Part shown: one piece after another, positions 47,313 to 57,297 of the stretch
Layout of the letters: every line of letters starts with the position of its first letter
Position numbering within the stretch: the stretch's first letter is position 1
Source of the DNA: Eubacteriales bacterium
GTDB taxonomy: Bacteria > Bacillota > Clostridia > Lachnospirales > JAKSVV01
Assembly: GCA_031549455.1 (NCBI GenBank)
Contig: JAVBPT010000028.1
Span: 3,850-67,849, forward strand
DNA length: 64,000 nucleotides
Reading direction: 5' to 3'
Program-made: the position numbers and the translations under genes
Notes under the pieces: generated by a model
What the model was told of the DNA's origin: nothing
What the model saw: the letters and a program-made list of their open reading frames with translations, nothing else
Database searches by the model: none

Positions 47313-50300
47313 TTATTCACACTTTATTACATTTTCTTTTCCCGCTACATCGATCAGATCTTGAATAAGTTCTTCCGAAATTTCAACAGTCGTTCTGGCC
47401 ATCCGAGTTTTACCATCTGCTTTGGTGTATATCTCCACCTTATCTTTTCCTTCATTGTTTCTTAATACAATCTCCACATCTCTCAGAAGCTTTTTATTCT
47501 CCAAGCTTTCTACTTTAATTGTGATTCCTTTTTTTCTTTCAAGCTCGTTGACAAAAAAAATCTTGGAAACGATTACTGAGCATCCTTCTTCATCCTTCAT
47601 CGACGTTTTCCCTGATACGACCACAATTTCGTCTTTTTGTATCTTATTTCTGAATTCCTCATACCGATTCGAAAAGAATAATAGCTCCACTGTACCCGTT
47701 AGATCTTCTAGCGTTGCAAACGCCATCATCTGATTGTTTTTGGTAATCTTGGTATTCACATTTGTAAGAATCCCCCAGATTGTGACATTCATATTGTCGT
47801 TCGCACTGTATTCTCCTGTTGCGTCATCCTTCTCATTTAATTCAGCACAAGTTCGGGTCACATGTTTTTTTACCCTATCTTTGTACTCATCTAAAATATG
47901 TCCGCTAACATACATCCCTAGCATTTCCTTTTCAAGTGCTAGCATCATTCTCGTATCCAACTCCATAATAGTAGGCAAAACGTCCTTCAACATTTCACCT
48001 CTTTCTCCTTCCTTTTCATCTAATGTAAAAAGGTTCAGCTGGCCACTCACTTCGTTTTTCTTTCGACTTGTAATTTCATCAAATAGGTATTGATAAATGG
48101 CAAGATATTGATTTCGGTTTCCCCCCAGTGAATCGAATGCCCCAGATTTTATCAAAGCCTCCACACTCTTTTTACCGATGTTATAATCCGTCATCCTCTG
48201 AATAAAATCTGTCATGCTCACAAAATGCCCGCCCTTTTCTCTTTCACGGACAAGGTTTGTAATAAGATCATATCCAATCGATTTAATGGCAGAAAGGGCA
48301 AAGCGAATTTTCCCCTTATTTGCTGTAAAATTCTCATAAGATTCATTGATGTCAGGAGGAAGGATTTCAATTTCCATATTTTTTGCCTCCATCACATACT
48401 CTGCAATCTTTGGAATGGAGTCTCGAACCGACGATAATAAGGCGGCTAAAAATTCTGCTGTATAATATCTTTTTAAATAGGCTGTCTGATAAGAGATATA
48501 GGCATAACACACCGAATGTGACTTATTAAATGCATACTTTGCAAAGTCAATCATTTTATCAAAAATGACAAGCGCCTTTTCCTTTGATATTCCATTTTTC
48601 ACACACCCCAAAATGCCAGAGGACTCTTCTCCATAGATGAAAACCTCTTTCTCTTTTAACATCACATCCATTTTCTTTTTACCCATGGCTCTTCTTACCA
48701 GATCGCTTCGCCCTAATGAATATCCGGCAAGTTTTCTAAAAATCTGCATTACCTGCTCCTGGTAAACAATAACGCCATAGGTGCTCTTTAAGATAGGCTC
48801 TAATTGCCGAGCATCATACTGCACTTCTTCCGGTTTTCTCTTTCCTTTAATATAGTCCGGAATAAATTCCATTGGTCCGGGCCTATAAAGAGAAAGGCCC
48901 GCTATGATGTCATCCAGTCCGCTTGGTTTTAAATCCTTCATAAAAGCAGTCATCCCTCTAGATTCCAATTGAAATACTCCCAATGTTCCACCAGCAGATA
49001 ACATCTTATAAACCTCTTTGTCATTCATATCCACTTTTAAAATATCGATCTCAACTTCATAGTTCTTTTTTACCTGACGAATTGTGTCCTGTATCACCGT
49101 TAGCGTTCTAAGGCCTAGGAAATCCATCTTCAAAAGGCCCAACTCTTCAATTGTATTCATCGGAAATTGTGTAATGATCGCCTCATCACTTTTCGCGAGC
49201 GGTACATAATGATACAATTCATTCTCTGTAATCACAATGCCCGCAGCATGAGTTGATGCATGCCTCGGAAAACCTTCAAGCTTTTTAGAAATATCAATCA
49301 AATATTGAACGCTATCATTGGTTTCATAAATCGTTCTCAATTCATCACTTATTTCTAACGCTTTATCGATGGTCATCTTGATAGCAAACGGAATCATTTT
49401 GGCCACTTTATCCACTACATTGTAAGGTACATTTAAAGCACGTCCTACATCTCTAATTACTGCCCGAGCAGACATAGTTCCAAAAGTGATGATCTGTGCC
49501 ACATTTTCTTTCCCATACTTTTGGGTCACATACGCTATGACTTCCTCCCTCCTGATATAGCAAAAATCAATATCAATATCCGGCATGCTGATTCTCTCCG
49601 GATTCAGGAAACGCTCAAAAAGCAAATCATACTGTATTGGATCCACATCCGTGATATGAAGTACATAGGAAACCAAACTTCCCGCCGCGGAACCCCTTCC
49701 AGGCCCAACTGCAATCCCTTTTTCTTTGGAAAACCGAATAAAATCCCATACAATCAAAAAATAATCCACATACCCCATCGTTTGTATGGTTTCAAGCTCA
49801 AATCTTAATCTCTCAAGTAACGTTTCATCAACTTCCCTATATCTTTCTCCCAACCCCTTCTCGCAAAGTTGCTTTAAATAGTCAAAAGAGGACATTTCCA
49901 GAACCCCGAATTTAGGAAGCTTTAATTTTCCAAACTCGATTGTAACATTACAACGATCCGCTATTTTCTGTGTATTTTCTAATGCTTGAAGGCAATCTCC
50001 AAAGTCTGCCTCCACCTCCTCTGGTGATTTTAGATAGAAATCATCTGTGGGCATCCTCATCCTATCTTGATCATCCACCTTCTTCGCTGTTTGAATACAG
50101 AGAAGAATGTCTTGTACGCTGGCATCTTCTCTTTTTATATAGTGAACATCGTTTGTAACAACAAGCTCTAGTTTTTCTTCCCCGCTTAATTTCTTTAGCC
50201 CTGCATTAATCACCTTTTGATCCTCTAGTGTATTGGCCTGCATCTCCAAAAAGAAGTTCTCTCTGCCAAAGATACTTTCATATTCCAAAAGCGCCCTTCT

Positions 50301-50765
50301 TGCTCCCTCCAGGTTTTCATTTAATATGAAGGTAGCGATTTCACCACTAGCACAACCAGAAAGTGCGATAACCCCTTTGCTATATTTCTTTAATATTTCT
50401 TTATCGACCCTTGGCTTATAGTAAAAGCCATCCATAAAACTTTCTGAGACAAGTCTCATTAGGTTTCTATATCCCTCATCATTTTCAGCGAGTAGCGTCA
50501 AATGGTAACGTTCCTCATCCAAGCTCTTTTCCTTATCTAGCCTGCTTCTTTTGGCTACATAGACCTCTACCCCAATAATAGGCTTGATTCCGTTTTCGAT
50601 GCACTCTTTATAGAAATTAATCACACCATACATAGAACCATGATCTGTTATGGCAACAGCATTCATACCTAATTCCCTTGTTCTTTTAACCAAATCTGAG
50701 ATCTTGGCCGCCCCATCTAATAGACTATATTCCGTGTGGACATGTAAATGCACAAAATGACTCAT
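47313..50765 (-). CDS. dnaE: DNA polymerase III alpha subunit (DnaE type)
   Basis: PHP domain FVHLHVHTEYSLLDG, a polymerase core, and a C-terminal OB fold. The track's start codon (GTG at 50771) is part of the GAGGTG SD, so ATG 50765 is more likely. Confidence 0.93.
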   Translation of the reverse strand: MSHFVHLHVHTEYSLLDGAAKISDLVKRTRELGMNAVAITDHGSMYGVINFYKECIENGIKPIIGVEVYVAKRSRLDKEKSLDEERYHLTLLAENDEGYRNLMRLVSESFMDGFYYKPRVDKEILKKYSKGVIALSGCASGEIATFILNENLEGARRALLEYESIFGRENFFLEMQANTLEDQKVINAGLKKLSGEEKLELVVTNDVHYIKREDASVQDILLCIQTAKKVDDQDRMRMPTDDFYLKSPEEVEADFGDCLQALENTQKIADRCNVTIEFGKLKLPKFGVLEMSSFDYLKQLCEKGLGERYREVDETLLERLRFELETIQTMGYVDYFLIVWDFIRFSKEKGIAVGPGRGSAAGSLVSYVLHITDVDPIQYDLLFERFLNPERISMPDIDIDFCYIRREEVIAYVTQKYGKENVAQIITFGTMSARAVIRDVGRALNVPYNVVDKVAKMIPFAIKMTIDKALEISDELRTIYETNDSVQYLIDISKKLEGFPRHASTHAAGIVITENELYHYVPLAKSDEAIITQFPMNTIEELGLLKMDFLGLRTLTVIQDTIRQVKKNYEVEIDILKVDMNDKEVYKMLSAGGTLGVFQLESRGMTAFMKDLKPSGLDDIIAGLSLYRPGPMEFIPDYIKGKRKPEEVQYDARQLEPILKSTYGVIVYQEQVMQIFRKLAGYSLGRSDLVRRAMGKKKMDVMLKEKEVFIYGEESSGILGCVKNGISKEKALVIFDKMIDFAKYAFNKSHSVCYAYISYQTAYLKRYYTAEFLAALLSSVRDSIPKIAEYVMEAKNMEIEILPPDINESYENFTANKGKIRFALSAIKSIGYDLITNLVREREKGGHFVSMTDFIQRMTDYNIGKKSVEALIKSGAFDSLGGNRNQYLAIYQYLFDEITSRKKNEVSGQLNLFTLDEKEGERGEMLKDVLPTIMELDTRMMLALEKEMLGMYVSGHILDEYKDRVKKHVTRTCAELNEKDDATGEYSANDNMNVTIWGILTNVNTKITKNNQMMAFATLEDLTGTVELLFFSNRYEEFRNKIQKDEIVVVSGKTSMKDEEGCSVIVSKIFFVNELERKKGITIKVESLENKKLLRDVEIVLRNNEGKDKVEIYTKADGKTRMARTTVEISEELIQDLIDVAGKENVIKCE

Positions 50766-50783
50766 AAACACCTCAATATCCTT

Positions 50784-50811
50784 ATTATATCATATGTAGA
50801 GCATAAATCAA
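50784..50811 (-). promoter_or_regulatory. Sigma-A-type promoter for dnaE
   Basis: Minus strand: TTGATT (50811-50806), 16-nt spacer, TATAAT (50789-50784). Confidence 0.6.
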
Positions 50812-50929
50812 GCCTGCTCAAAAAGAGATTTTATCAAGTATTTTTATAAAATCAAAAATTTTTTTCCTTTACTGCAAAAGGCTTTCTGCATTTTTCATCA
50901 ATACTTTTACCATAAATTTACAAAGTTAG

Positions 50930-50958
50930 TTGACATAATATGGGGCTCATGATATACT
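50930..50958 (+). promoter_or_regulatory. Orphan near-consensus sigma-A promoter
   Basis: Plus strand: TTGACA (50930-50935), 17-nt spacer, TATACT (50953-50958). No plus-strand CDS lies downstream for more than 6 kb. Confidence 0.6.
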
Positions 50959-50964
50959 GAAGGT

Positions 50965-51020
50965 ACCCAACCAACCAACACACTCACCTAAGGAGATGTA
51001 GTAATACATCTTCTTTTTTA
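50965..51020 (+). ncRNA. Candidate small RNA (about 56 nt, C/A-rich 5' half plus intrinsic terminator)
   Basis: The predicted transcript is GAAGGUACCCAACCAACCAACACACUCACCUAAGGAGAUGUAGUAAUACAUCUUCUUUUUU. The terminator stem GAGAUGUA/UACAUCUU (50993-51012) has a GUAA loop and a U-run. Confidence 0.4.
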
Positions 51021-51033
51021 TGCTTAAAATTAG

Positions 51034-51065
51034 TAAAAAAAGAATTCAGGATGATTCTGAATTCT
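51034..51065 (-). terminator. Rho-independent terminator after rubrerythrin
   Basis: Minus strand: AGAATTCAG-AATCATC-CTGAATTCT followed by TTTTTTT. Confidence 0.75.
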
Positions 51066-51073
51066 TTTTATTT

Positions 51074-51610
51074 CTAATAATTCTTAGCCTCAAGACTGAA
51101 GTATGCCTTTGGATGTGCGCAAACCGGGCAAACCTCTGGAGCTTCTTTTCCGTAGTGCTTATGACCGCAATTACTGCAAATCCAGACTTCTTCGCTTTCC
51201 CTTTTGAACACCTTTTCTTCTTTTATATTCGCGAGTAGCGCTTTATATCGTTCCTCGTGTTCTTTTTCAATCCTCGCAACACCTTCAAATAAAGCGGCAA
51301 TTCTATCAAACCCTTCTTCCTTTGCTTCCTTTGCAAAGTTTGCATACATATCTGTCCACTCATAGTTTTCCCCGCCTGCTGCATCTTCTAAGTTTTGTAG
51401 TGTTTTTGGCATGCCATCATGTAGCAACTTGAACCAAATCTTAGCATGTTCTTTTTCATTTGCTGCCGTTTCCTCAAAAATCGTTGCTATTTGTTCATAG
51501 CCTTCCTTTCGAGCCGCACTTGCATAGTATGTATATTTGTTTCTGGCTTGTGATTCCCCTGCAAATGCAGTCATTAAATTCTTTTCTGTTTTTGATCCCT
51601 TTAAATCCAT
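51074..51610 (-). CDS. Rubrerythrin
   Basis: Diiron ferritin-like domain plus C-terminal rubredoxin CSNCGH...CPVC. Start at ATG 51610 (AGGAGG SD); the track's longer start overlaps the upstream gene. Confidence 0.9.
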   Translation of the reverse strand: MDLKGSKTEKNLMTAFAGESQARNKYTYYASAARKEGYEQIATIFEETAANEKEHAKIWFKLLHDGMPKTLQNLEDAAGGENYEWTDMYANFAKEAKEEGFDRIAALFEGVARIEKEHEERYKALLANIKEEKVFKRESEEVWICSNCGHKHYGKEAPEVCPVCAHPKAYFSLEAKNY

Positions 51611-51629
51611 AATATAACCTCCTATTACA

Positions 51630-52760
51630 CTATTTATATAAATCGACCATAATCCCATCGATCATATTCATGTCTGTCGGGAACATGACGTCTATATTCA
51701 GTTGATCGAAAATGGTTTCCACCATTGTAGCAACAGCTCTCGATCCATTAAACCAGTCCGGATTATCCGGTTTGGTTTTTTTAAGGTCCGATAACTTCGT
51801 ACGATAGAACGTATCTTGGCTGTTCTTATTATATTCTATCGCGTGAATATAGTATGGCACATTTATTTCCGCAAAGCAATCATTTTGTTGTAAATGATAT
51901 TTTGCAGCCTTTGTATAGGTAATGTGTCCCCCGGTAAACAAAGCATACTTACACCTGGTTTTGGGATAGTTTAGATGTTCTTTTATATATTCCTTTATCT
52001 CAGAAATAGGGGTCTTTACAAGTTCATCATAGAGATCCGGAAATCGATTGGTGATATCTGTGCATCCCACTTCTGTATTCACCTCTTCTATAATTTTGCC
52101 CTGCTCATAGACTTTCATCTCCGTGCTTCCACCGCCTATGTTACAAACCAATATTCTCTCTTTCGTTTGAATACTCGTTTCTACACCAAGAAGCATATAC
52201 CTTGCCTCCTCTTCCTGGGAAATGACATTGAACTTTGTTTGGTAACGCTTTTCAAATTTATCAGCAAAAGCCTTCCTTACTTCATCATTCATTTTTCTAA
52301 ACACACTGGTCGCGAAAACAAAAAGCGCTTTTCCCCTTGCTTCTTCCTTTAACTCATCCATGGCAAGAAAAAAGGCTTCCTCATTTTTTTCTGACAAACC
52401 CTTTTGAGGATCGAAATCTTTCTTTAAAAGAATAGATCTTGCATAAAAATCTTCCTTTAAGAATCCACTCACAAGATAGGATTTTATGCCATGTGTTCCA
52501 ATATCCACGATCACCTTTGGTTCTACCAACTCAAAACGGAATTTTTGAGCATTTTTATTCTCCTCGCCTTTCCCATCCGGCACCAAACTCACGAAAGAAT
52601 CAAAAGGACGAGCAAAGATTTTCTGCTCACCGCCTACCTCTTGATAGATTACCATTTTCTCATCAGTTTCTGTATGTATCGCTTCTCCAATCACCCTATA
52701 AAGCTTATAGGGATTTTTAAAGTGGGTATAAATCCCACTTACTACAACTTTCTGCTCCAT
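51630..52760 (-). CDS. DUF1653-like N-terminal domain fused to a Ppx/GppA-family (ASKHA) phosphatase
   Basis: N-terminus [32 protein letters not shown] (DUF1653 pattern). ASKHA phosphate motifs DIGTHGIKS and NIGGGSTE. Confidence 0.65.
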   Translation of the reverse strand: MEQKVVVSGIYTHFKNPYKLYRVIGEAIHTETDEKMVIYQEVGGEQKIFARPFDSFVSLVPDGKGEENKNAQKFRFELVEPKVIVDIGTHGIKSYLVSGFLKEDFYARSILLKKDFDPQKGLSEKNEEAFFLAMDELKEEARGKALFVFATSVFRKMNDEVRKAFADKFEKRYQTKFNVISQEEEARYMLLGVETSIQTKERILVCNIGGGSTEMKVYEQGKIIEEVNTEVGCTDITNRFPDLYDELVKTPISEIKEYIKEHLNYPKTRCKYALFTGGHITYTKAAKYHLQQNDCFAEINVPYYIHAIEYNKNSQDTFYRTKLSDLKKTKPDNPDWFNGSRAVATMVETIFDQLNIDVMFPTDMNMIDGIMVDLYK

Positions 52761-52771
52761 CCGCCCTCCTA

Positions 52772-53635
52772 CTATAATGTTTTTACAAGGTATGTTTCTC
52801 TAATATATTTTTGGTACTTTAGATAATCTTTTACTTCTTTTGCCTTTTCTTCATCATCAAAAATGCCAAATACGGTTGCGCCACTCCCTGACATAGAAGA
52901 GCCAAGAGCCCCACCATCTAACATGTCTGCTTTAATTTCTCTTATTTCAGAACACATGCTAACCGTATAACTCTCCATTGTGTTGTATAAAAGTTTTCCG
53001 ATCTCTGGCAGTTTTTCTTCTGAAAGGGCCTTGATCATTCCTTCCGTATCTGGACGTTTTTTTATTTTATCAATATTAAAATTCTTCAGAACCTGTTTTG
53101 TGGATACAATTACGTCTGGTTTACATAACAAAATATGACAATCCGGCATACTTTTTAGTGGTGTCACCTTCTCTCCGTTTCCCTCTACTAAACAGGTGCC
53201 TTCTACGATACAATATGGAATATCCGAATCATATTTTTTTCCCAACTCAATCAATTCCTGTTGTGAAAGTTTAAGATCGAACAGCTCGTTCATTCCCATC
53301 AGAGCGGTTGCTGCATTGGCACTTCCGCCACCGAGCCCTGCTGCCACAGGAATCCTTTTGTTAATGTCTACAAAAACGCCCTCATTAATTCCATACTTTT
53401 GTTTCATTGCATCGATCACTTTATAAACCAGATTTCTTCCATCTGTTGGAACCCAAGGCAAATTTGTATTCAATTTTATTCCATCCGCTTTCATTTTCCT
53501 CATGGATATGTCATCTGCAAAATCTACTTTTTGCATAATCATTTTAAATTCATATGAGTTGGTGTCTTCATTAAAACCCAAAATATCCAAAGTCAAATTT
53601 ATCTTGGCATATGACTTAAGCTCTAGCATATACAT
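52772..53635 (-). CDS. ispE: 4-diphosphocytidyl-2-C-methyl-D-erythritol kinase
   Basis: KINLTLDI N-terminus and GHMP motif PVAAGLGGGSANAA. Start at ATG 53635 (GGAGGG SD), downstream of the fliS stop. Confidence 0.88.
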   Translation of the reverse strand: MYMLELKSYAKINLTLDILGFNEDTNSYEFKMIMQKVDFADDISMRKMKADGIKLNTNLPWVPTDGRNLVYKVIDAMKQKYGINEGVFVDINKRIPVAAGLGGGSANAATALMGMNELFDLKLSQQELIELGKKYDSDIPYCIVEGTCLVEGNGEKVTPLKSMPDCHILLCKPDVIVSTKQVLKNFNIDKIKKRPDTEGMIKALSEEKLPEIGKLLYNTMESYTVSMCSEIREIKADMLDGGALGSSMSGSGATVFGIFDDEEKAKEVKDYLKYQKYIRETYLVKTL

Positions 53636-53655
53636 CTTTCCCTCCATATTCTGCA

Positions 53656-54051
53656 TCATTCGTTTGTGGTTTTTTCTGGCACTCCTTTTGCAAGGTCCAT
53701 CGCCTCTTTCCAAGTTTCCCTTAATTCCTTTAGCATTCCTTGCACTTCCAGCAAAATTTCCTTTTCCTTTTTCATATTTGCTTCTACCAATCTTCTATAC
53801 ATATAATCATAGAGTTGAAACAAATTTTTGCCGATTTCCATATTTTTATCTACATTAATAATGAACTCTTCTATGATATTTTCCGTCTTGATAATTGCGT
53901 TATGGGCTTCTGACATATCCTTCTCATCTATGGAAGTAATCGCTTTGGTACAGAATCGAATAGCACCATCATAAAGCATGAGCGTAAGCTCTTGTGGGCT
54001 TGAAGTCATCACCTTATTTTCCAAATACTTATTTGCTACATTTTGTGCCAT
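53656..54051 (-). CDS. fliS: Flagellar export chaperone FliS
   Basis: Typical FliS N-terminus NKYLENKVMTSSPQELTLMLYDGAIRF; 131 aa. Confidence 0.88.
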   Translation of the reverse strand: MAQNVANKYLENKVMTSSPQELTLMLYDGAIRFCTKAITSIDEKDMSEAHNAIIKTENIIEEFIINVDKNMEIGKNLFQLYDYMYRRLVEANMKKEKEILLEVQGMLKELRETWKEAMDLAKGVPEKTTNE

Positions 54052-54151
54052 TTACCCCTCCATCAATTTTTCTTATCAATATAATAGCCCTCACCCCCGA
54101 AATTTGAGTCATACGCACCATTCATAATCCTTTTCCCGTTGCTTATGTTCT

Positions 54152-54436
54152 TTAATTCGGTGTTAATTTGTAACTTTTTTTTTTAGCAAGATCCATAATC
54201 TCATCATTTTTTTGAGCAATATCTGTAAGCAAGTTTCGAACCATAACTTCCTTATCATACAATATTTTTTCTGTTATTTCAACATCTATTTTGCTGATCC
54301 GATCAAAAATCTGCGCACGCTCGGAAAGAAGCCTATCTAATCTGTCCATATCATCTAGGCTAATTGCTTTCTCTTGGTTAATTGTATTGTTATATGCCTC
54401 TCTCAAAAGTTCTATTTTCTCATCTATCTTATCCAC
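54152..54436 (-). CDS. Small helical protein in the flagellar late operon (FliT/FlgN-like by position)
   Basis: ORF track; 94 aa, predicted all-helical, lying between fliD and fliS. The assignment rests on context only. Confidence 0.45.
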   Translation of the reverse strand: MDKIDEKIELLREAYNNTINQEKAISLDDMDRLDRLLSERAQIFDRISKIDVEITEKILYDKEVMVRNLLTDIAQKNDEIMDLAKKKSYKLTPN

Positions 54437-54449
54437 CTGATCCTCCTTT

Positions 54450-56453
54450 TTATGATGAAAGTCCTGCTATTTGTGAGGATAACCATGCCGATTGATTATT
54501 CATTTTTTGCATTGCAGATTCTAGAGCTGAAAATTTCTTATAGTATGACTCCTCTTTCATCGAAAGTCTTCTTTCAAAGTTTGCTAGATCTATATCATAC
54601 CTTTCAAGTTGTTTAAACAATAAGTTTTCCGCCTCTGATGCATCCCCTGGCATTCCTGCCTTTTCAAGCAAAGCACCCTTTTTATTATTTAAATCTCTAA
54701 ATGTAGAAACATTATCTTGCAAGACATCGTAAATCTTATAGATTAGTCCCTGCTCTCTATTTTTTACCGCTCTTTGTGCTGCAGTGTAATTTCTTGAGCT
54801 CACTGAATAGGTCTCTGATTTCTTTGCAAAAAGGTTCATCACAGAATCAGGATCCTTCGCAATGGCTTCTCTCAGTTTGGTTTCTGCATCTGCATCGAGA
54901 TTAATTTTCCCTTTGTTCTTATAATCACCCGTTGAGATACCAATAGATGCCAAACTCTTTCCTACTCCTTCAACACTTTGTGACAATGTACCTCTTAAAT
55001 TATTCAACATGGTTTCAAGGATTGGATCTCTTCTTAAAAGGCCCGTTTTTGCTTTGGTTTCCCAAAGACTAATTTGGTCCGTCGTCATCGCTTCCTTTTG
55101 TTCATCTGTAAGAGGAAGAAAGTTTCGATCGTATTTCTCATTTACAAGTCTATCAATATCTCCAATCATCGTGTTGTAATCATTGATAAAGTCCTTGATT
55201 AGTGTAAACACAGCCTCTGTATCATGCTCTAATTTTATTGTATTTGGTCCTGTTGTCGTTTCAAGTGCTTCGATCGTCATGCCAAAAACTTCAAAACTTG
55301 TGTCACTTCTTATAATGTCAATCCCATCTACTTTTGCGATTGTATCCGCGCCATTTTGGAAAGTTCCAGCGCCCACACCCAATATTGAACTTAAAAAGTT
55401 TCCTTTTGTATCTTCTAATTCAATTTTTGTTCCAATCCCCTTGTCATTTGTGGATAATGTAAACTTGTCCGTAAAACTATCATAGTTTAAGGTCACGTTT
55501 GCTTTTGTATCTAGATTAATCTTTTTCATCATTGTATCAATGGAATCGCTCTTATCGAACTCAAAAGTTTGCCCATTAATTTTAAAAGCCACCTTGTCTT
55601 GGATTCCATCCGATCCTCCAAAAACAAGAGGCGTATTAAACTTCGAACTCGCTTCCGATAGTGTCATACTTGTGGATAGTTTGTTCACCCCTGCATTTGT
55701 CGGAATCGCGAGATTTCCTGTATTTCCCGTTATACTAAGATTATTGCTTCCCCTTCCGATATCAAACTTAATAACCCCAGTTCCATTGCCATCAGCATCC
55801 TGTATTTCAGTAACATTAACCTTGTTTATACCAGAATCAAGACTATCTCCATAGGCACTTTTCAATTTTAAATTGATGTCATCTAGCATTTTTTGCATAG
55901 ATGCTGCTTTATCTACAGTTTCTGTCTCAATGCCCTCATCGTCCACTTCCATTACTCTGTAATCTGAAAGTTGTATACTTCGGGTAGACCCATCTAATTT
56001 TACAGCGATCGATTTCCCATCCATATTGAAGTCTGTTATTGCATTAATCCCTTTGATAGAGTTCATGACATTTCCAGTGCTCGTAATTGTGGTTGCCTTT
56101 GCCACGCTGGAAATCTCGATCTTGTGTTCACCTGTCAATGTAGTATTATTTGATTTGATCTTAAATGCAGTTGACTCTTTCCCGTCTAAGTTTTTCGAAG
56201 TAATTGTAAACTTCTTATAATTTGCCATAGACATCATATTGGTAGAACCATTTAAGATATCCATATATTTCTTTGCAAAGTCATTTACCTTAGTGGTTAC
56301 ACCACGGTAGGCCTCTACTCGCCATTCTGTTAGCTGTAAATTTTGTTTAATTTTATTTGCTCCTAGTCTTTCTGCACTCATCAACTGACTAACAATGCTT
56401 TCTGTGTCAAGACCAGAAGCCATTCCAAACATCCTTATATTACTTGTTCCCAT
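54450..56453 (-). CDS. fliD: Flagellar filament capping protein FliD (HAP2)
   Basis: N-terminus GMASGLDTESIVSQLMSAE and a conserved C-terminal segment; 667 aa. Confidence 0.9.
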   Translation of the reverse strand: MGTSNIRMFGMASGLDTESIVSQLMSAERLGANKIKQNLQLTEWRVEAYRGVTTKVNDFAKKYMDILNGSTNMMSMANYKKFTITSKNLDGKESTAFKIKSNNTTLTGEHKIEISSVAKATTITSTGNVMNSIKGINAITDFNMDGKSIAVKLDGSTRSIQLSDYRVMEVDDEGIETETVDKAASMQKMLDDINLKLKSAYGDSLDSGINKVNVTEIQDADGNGTGVIKFDIGRGSNNLSITGNTGNLAIPTNAGVNKLSTSMTLSEASSKFNTPLVFGGSDGIQDKVAFKINGQTFEFDKSDSIDTMMKKINLDTKANVTLNYDSFTDKFTLSTNDKGIGTKIELEDTKGNFLSSILGVGAGTFQNGADTIAKVDGIDIIRSDTSFEVFGMTIEALETTTGPNTIKLEHDTEAVFTLIKDFINDYNTMIGDIDRLVNEKYDRNFLPLTDEQKEAMTTDQISLWETKAKTGLLRRDPILETMLNNLRGTLSQSVEGVGKSLASIGISTGDYKNKGKINLDADAETKLREAIAKDPDSVMNLFAKKSETYSVSSRNYTAAQRAVKNREQGLIYKIYDVLQDNVSTFRDLNNKKGALLEKAGMPGDASEAENLLFKQLERYDIDLANFERRLSMKEESYYKKFSALESAMQKMNNQSAWLSSQIAGLSS

Positions 56454-56458
56454 TCCTT

Positions 56459-56836
56459 TTACCTTCTTTCATCAATTACTAGGCCTGCTGCTTCCCAAAT
56501 TCCAGCAATAATGTCCAGAAATTTCTTTTCTGGTATTTCAAGTATTACTTTGTCAGTTGCCGGGTCAACGATCGTTACCATAATTCGATTGGTTGCATCA
56601 TGTATCTCGTACTTTCTTTCCGTATATCGAATTTCTAGGTCTGGATTCGTCTCTTTCAACGACCTTTGCAAAAACTCTTCAATGGCCTTTCTCTTTTCTT
56701 CCGTTAGTACGCTCTCTGGCTCTTGCACTTTAACCTCGTGTGTTTCATGCACTTCTTGTTTTTTTGGTACTTCTGTATGTACCACTTCCGGCGCAACGTT
56801 TGGCATTCCCGCGTTTAGATTCCCTTCTATTTTCAT
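56459..56836 (-). CDS. flaG: Flagellar protein FlaG
   Basis: FlaG C-terminal signature IHDATNRIMVTIVDPATDKVILEIP. Start at ATG 56836 (AGGAGGTG SD), because the track's longer start covers the SigD -10 box. Confidence 0.82.
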   Translation of the reverse strand: MKIEGNLNAGMPNVAPEVVHTEVPKKQEVHETHEVKVQEPESVLTEEKRKAIEEFLQRSLKETNPDLEIRYTERKYEIHDATNRIMVTIVDPATDKVILEIPEKKFLDIIAGIWEAAGLVIDERR

Positions 56837-56867
56837 CACGGCACCTCCTTTTCCAAACATACTATAC

Positions 56868-56896
56868 ATATCGGCTTAAAGTGCACCTTTTTCAAG
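56868..56896 (-). promoter_or_regulatory. Sigma-D / FliA-dependent promoter for flaG-fliD-...-fliS
   Basis: Minus strand: exact -10 GCCGATAT (56875-56868), with TGAA/TTGAAA 15 nt upstream. The Bacillus SigD consensus is TAAA-N15-GCCGATAT. Confidence 0.7.
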
Positions 56897-56913
56897 CCCC
56901 ATGTACGTAAAAG

Positions 56914-57225
56914 CTACATCCTTGATAGCTTATCGGCTAGCATTTCCTTTGGTACTGCCCCAATTACAGTATCAACAGCTTCTCCATTTTTAAAAAACAT
57001 AAATGTAGGGATTGTTAGAATCTTATATTTTTGGGATACTTCTTCTGCCTTATCTACATTTATTTTCACAATTTTTGCCGAGGTTATTTCTTCCGAAATT
57101 TCGTCAATTACAGGCGCCATCATCTTACATGGCCCACACCAATCCGCATAAAAATCGACAAGTACTGGTTCTTCTGCTTTCAGTACCTCTTTTTCAAAGT
57201 TTTCATCTGTTACATATATAGCCAT
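56914..57225 (-). CDS. trxA: Thioredoxin
   Basis: WCGPC active site; 103 aa. Confidence 0.93.
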   Translation of the reverse strand: MAIYVTDENFEKEVLKAEEPVLVDFYADWCGPCKMMAPVIDEISEEITSAKIVKINVDKAEEVSQKYKILTIPTFMFFKNGEAVDTVIGAVPKEMLADKLSRM

Positions 57226-57297
57226 CGAATCTCCTCCTACATAAAATCTTACTCTTATTTTGAGTATAATCTAAACATTTATACTCCACCTACTGTA

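Noticed and set aside
50991-50999. AAGGAG-ATG-TAG start-stop mini-ORF inside the candidate sRNA
   Set aside because: The SD abuts the ATG with no spacer, and the ORF is a single codon. It is treated as part of the terminator stem rather than as coding.
51020-51238. 72-aa plus-strand ORF downstream of the candidate sRNA
   Set aside because: It is antisense to rubrerythrin, starts within the sRNA terminator U-run, passes through the bidirectional rubrerythrin terminator and has no SD.
54063-54125. 20-codon ORF (MNGAYDSNFGGEGYYIDKKN) in the gap upstream of fliS
   Set aside because: It has only a weak SD-like GGA and is very short, and I have no means to test conservation. It may be chance, although its stop 12 nt before the fliS ATG would permit coupling.
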